Source: Squalus acanthias
Taxonomy: Eukaryota
Assembly (NCBI GenBank): GCA_030390025.1
Contig: CM059431.1
Location: forward strand, 144,648,001 to 144,712,000
Length of the DNA: 64,000 nt
Direction of reading: 5' to 3'
A model generated the notes under the pieces. The model saw only the letters and a list, made by a program, of their open reading frames with translations, had not been told where the DNA came from and searched no databases. Made by a program: the position numbers and the translations under genes. Positions within the stretch are counted from its first letter, which is position 1, and each line of letters opens with the position of its first letter. Positions 60,492-64,000 of the stretch are shown in pieces.

Positions 60492-61447
60492 TTAGTTTAA
60501 AGCCCTCTCTACAGCCCTAGTTATTCGATTCGCCAGGACACTAGTCCCAGCACTGGCCAAGTGAAGTCCGTCCCAACGGAACAGCTCTCTCCTGTCCCAG
60601 TACTGGTGCCAGTGTCCCAAGAAGCAAAACCCATTTTTCAGACACCAGTCTTTGAGCCACGCATTCAACTCTCTGATTTTATTTACCCTAGCCAAATTTG
60701 CTCGTGGCTCAGGTAGTAATCCAGAGATTATTACCCTCGAGGTTCTGCTTTTTAATTTGGACCTAGCTGCTCAAACTCCCTCAGCAGAACCTCTTTCCTT
60801 GTCCTATCTATGTCATTAGTACCAACATGGACCACGACAACTGGATCCTCCCCCTCCCACTCCAAGTTTCTCTCCAGCTCAGAGGAGATGTCCTTAACCC
60901 TGGCACCGGGCAGGCAACACAGCCTTCGGGACTCTCGCTCTTGGCTGCAAAGAACCCTATCTATCCCCCTAATGATACTATCCCCTACCACTACAACATT
61001 TCTTTTTACTCCCCCCACTTGAATGGCCCCCCGTACCACGGTGCTGTGGCCAGGTTGCTCATCCTCCCTGCAGTCCCCGCTCCTATCCACACAGGGAGTA
61101 AGAGCCTCGAACCTGTTGGACAAGAGCAAGGGCTGCGGCTCCTCCAACACTACCTCCTGGATCCCTGCACCTGCCTCACTCGTAGTCACACCTTCCTGTC
61201 CCTGACCACGGGCTACTTCTGAATTAGTTACTCTAATTGGTGTGACTACCTCCTGAAACACGGAGTCCAGGTAACTCTCCCCATCCCTGCTGTGTCTCAG
61301 TGTTTGAAGCTCGGTCTCCAGCTCATCAACACGGAGCCGGAGTTCCTCGAGCAGCCAACACTTACTGCAAATGTGTTCACCGTGAACATCAATGGTGTCC
61401 ACCAGCTCCCACATATTGCAGCAGTAACACATCACCTGCTGTCCCAT
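60492..61447 (-). pseudogene. CR1 ORF1 (Zn-finger, coiled coil, SGNH esterase-like), one frameshift
   Basis: CYCC..CSKC, VVVGDSI, VHVGTND, DGLHL; frame break near 60760. Confidence 0.9.
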
Positions 61448-61663
61448 TCTATGTAATTAATTAAAAATTTATTATTTACCCTTCAGTTAATTTATGCCAG
61501 CAGTCTCCGCTACACCACAGATACCTGAGAAACTATAAACTATGAAATTGAAGTTTTGTATGAAAAAAAAGAGAAATACTCACCAACCAATCACTTACCT
61601 GCTTTCTGGTGACGTCACACTTCGATTATTTTTTACCTCTCTCCTGCTCTCGGCTTGGTGAAA

Positions 61664-61882
61664 GCCTACCTGGTCCGCTGCCGCCTTTTAAGCTCCGCTC
61701 CTCGCCGATGCTGCTCCACCCAGGTCCGAGGCTGCCGTGGGCCTACCTGGTCCACTGCCGCCTTTTAAGCTCCGCTCCTCGCCGATGCTGCTCCACCCAG
61801 GTCCGAGGCTGCTGTGGGCCTACCTGGTCCGCTGCTGCCTTTTAAGCTCCGCTCCTCGCCGATGCTGCTCCACCAGGTCCGA
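61664..61882 (-). repeat. 77-bp GC-rich tandem monomers at the CR1 5' end (~2.8 copies)
   Basis: gcctacctggtcc at 61664, 61741, 61818. Confidence 0.9.
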
Positions 61883-61932
61883 GGTTACACACTGTCTGAT
61901 CTCACTGGGCCATCCTCCCAGAGTTACACAAC

Positions 61933-64000
61933 CATAGAAATTTACAGCACAGAAGGAGGCCATTCGGCCCATCTTGTCCGTGCCGGCTGACAAAGAGCTA
62001 TCCACCCTAATTCCACTTTCCAGCACTTGGTCTGTAGCCGTGTAGGTTACAGCACTTCAAGTGTATATCTAAGTATTTTTTTAAAATGTGATGAGGGTCT
62101 CTGCCTCTACCATCCTTTCAGGCAGTGAGTTCCAGACCTCCACCACCCTCTGGGTGAAAATATTTCTCCTCAAATCCCCTCTAATCATTCGACCAACTGC
62201 TTTAAATCTATGTCCCCTGGTTATTGACCCTTCTGCTAAGGGAAATAGGTCTTTCCTACCCACTCTATCTAGGCCTCTCATCATTTTATACACCTCAATT
62301 AGGTCTCTCCTCAGCCTCCTCTGCTGCAAGGAAAATTACACCAGCCTATCCAATCTTCCACATAGCTAATATTCCCCAGCCGAGGCAAAATCCTCGTAAA
62401 TCTCCTCTGCACCCTCTCTAGTGCAATCACATCCTTCCTGTAATGTGGTGACCAGAACTGCACGCAGTTTTCTAGCCACGGCCTAACTAGTGTTTTATAC
62501 AGTTCAAGCATAACCTTCCTGCTCTTATATTCCCTGCTTCGGCTAATAAAGACCTTTCTCCGGGGTCAATCCACTAGAGGGTGCAGAGTAGATGTAATTT
62601 TTTTCACCCAGAGGGTGGTGGGGGTCTGGAACTCACTGCCTGAAAGTGTGGTAGAGGCAGAGACACTCAGCACATTTAAAAAGTACTTGGGTGTACACTT
62701 GAAGAGCCGTAACCTAGAGGGCTACGGACCAAGAGTCTGTAGGACGAGTTCATGGAATGCATTCGAGACAGTTTCCTAGAACAATATGTCATGGAACCAA
62801 CCAGGGAACAGGCAATTTTAGATCTTGTACTGTGTAATGAGACAGGGTTAATTAGCAATCTCATAGTAAAGGATCCTCTGGGGCAGAGTGATCATAATAT
62901 GATCGAATTTCACGTTAATTTTGAGAGTGACTTGCCTAAGTCCGAAACTAGAGTCTTAAACTTAAATAAAGCCAATTACATAGGTATGAGGGGCGAGTTG
63001 GCCAAGGTAGATTGGAAAAATAGATTAAAAGGTATGGCGGTAGATAAGCAGTGGCTAGCATAAAAAAAAAATCATAATTCTCAGCAAAAATACATTCCAT
63101 TGAGAAACAAAAACTCCACGGGAAAAGTGATCTAACGTTGGCTAACTAAAGAAGTTATGGATAGTATTAGATTGAAATAAGATTATAATGCTACAAAGAA
63201 TAATAGTAAGCCTGAGGATTGGGAGAGTTTCAGAAACCAGCAAAGGTTGACCAAAAAATTGATAAAAAAGGAAAAAATGGAATGAGAGAAAACTAGCAAG
63301 AAATATTAAAGCAGACAGTAAGAGCTTCTACATGTATGTAAAAAGGAAGAGAGTAGCAAAAGTTAACATTGGTCCCTTCCAGGCTGAGATAGGAGAAATT
63401 ATTATGGGGAATAAGGAAATGGCAGAAACATTAAACAAATATTTTGTATCTGTCTTCACAGTAGAAGACACAAAAAGCACACCAAAAATGGTGGGGAACT
63501 AAGGGTCTAATGCGGGTGAAGAACTTAACGTAATTAATATAAGGAGAGAAAAAGTACTAGAGAAACTAATGGGACTAAAAGCCGACAAATCCCCTGGACC
63601 TGGTGGCCTACATCCTAGGGTTCTAAAAGAGGTGGCTGAAGAGATAGTGGATGCAATGGTTTTGATCTTCCAAAATTCCCTAGATTCTGGAATGGTCCCA
63701 GCGGATTGGAAGGTCGCAAATATAACACCTCTATTCAAGAAAGGAGCGAGAGAAAAACCAGGGAACTACAGGCCAGTTAGCCTGACATCAGTCATCGGGA
63801 AAATACTGGAATCCATTGTTAAGGAAATGGTATCAAGTCATTTAGAACAATCAAACATGATTAGGCACAGTCAACATGGTTTTATGAAAGGGAAATCATG
63901 TTTGACAAATTTATTAAGAGTCTTTTGAGAATGTCACTAGCAGGGTAGATAAAGGGGAACTAGTGGATGTAGTATATTTGGATTTCCAAAAGGCAATCGA
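61933..64000. mobile_element. Further CR1 fragments (- 61933-62550; + 62597-62735; + 62735-64000)
   Basis: RT and endonuclease motifs with stops. Confidence 0.9.

Larger units (their letters stand above)
57271..61882 (-). mobile_element. Full-length CR1 LINE (~4.6 kb)
   Basis: 5'UTR with 77-bp monomers, ORF1, ORF2, 3' tail; GGTTACA on both sides (57264-57270, 61883-61889). Confidence 0.95.

Overview
Vertebrate genomic DNA, very probably a cartilaginous fish (inferred from the shark-type CR1 tails (ATGTTTCT)n, the Penelope termini and the NLR architecture). The one host gene is a minus-strand NLR (short leader, CARD/death-fold-like domain, FISNA/NACHT, LRRs) with 11 coding exons from 34488 to 13330. 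Its LRR tail is a ~305-bp exon+intron tandem array carrying a nonsense codon, a 1-nt frameshift and a half-deleted exon. The left end holds an open Gypsy gag ORF with its 5' LTR and a decayed tRNA cluster (Lys-TTT, Lys-CTT, Leu-CAG, Asn-GTT). The rest is transposon-rich: many nested CR1 LINEs (one full-length), L2 fragments, two Harbinger-type DNA elements, Penelope-like elements with minimal hammerhead ribozyme motifs (including a ~930-bp palindrome), a local segmental duplication and six minisatellite families. Best leads: Gypsy insertion just upstream of a predicted tRNA gene, the hammerhead-bearing fold-back Penelope derivatives, and the modular LRR array. None is proven novel without database searches.
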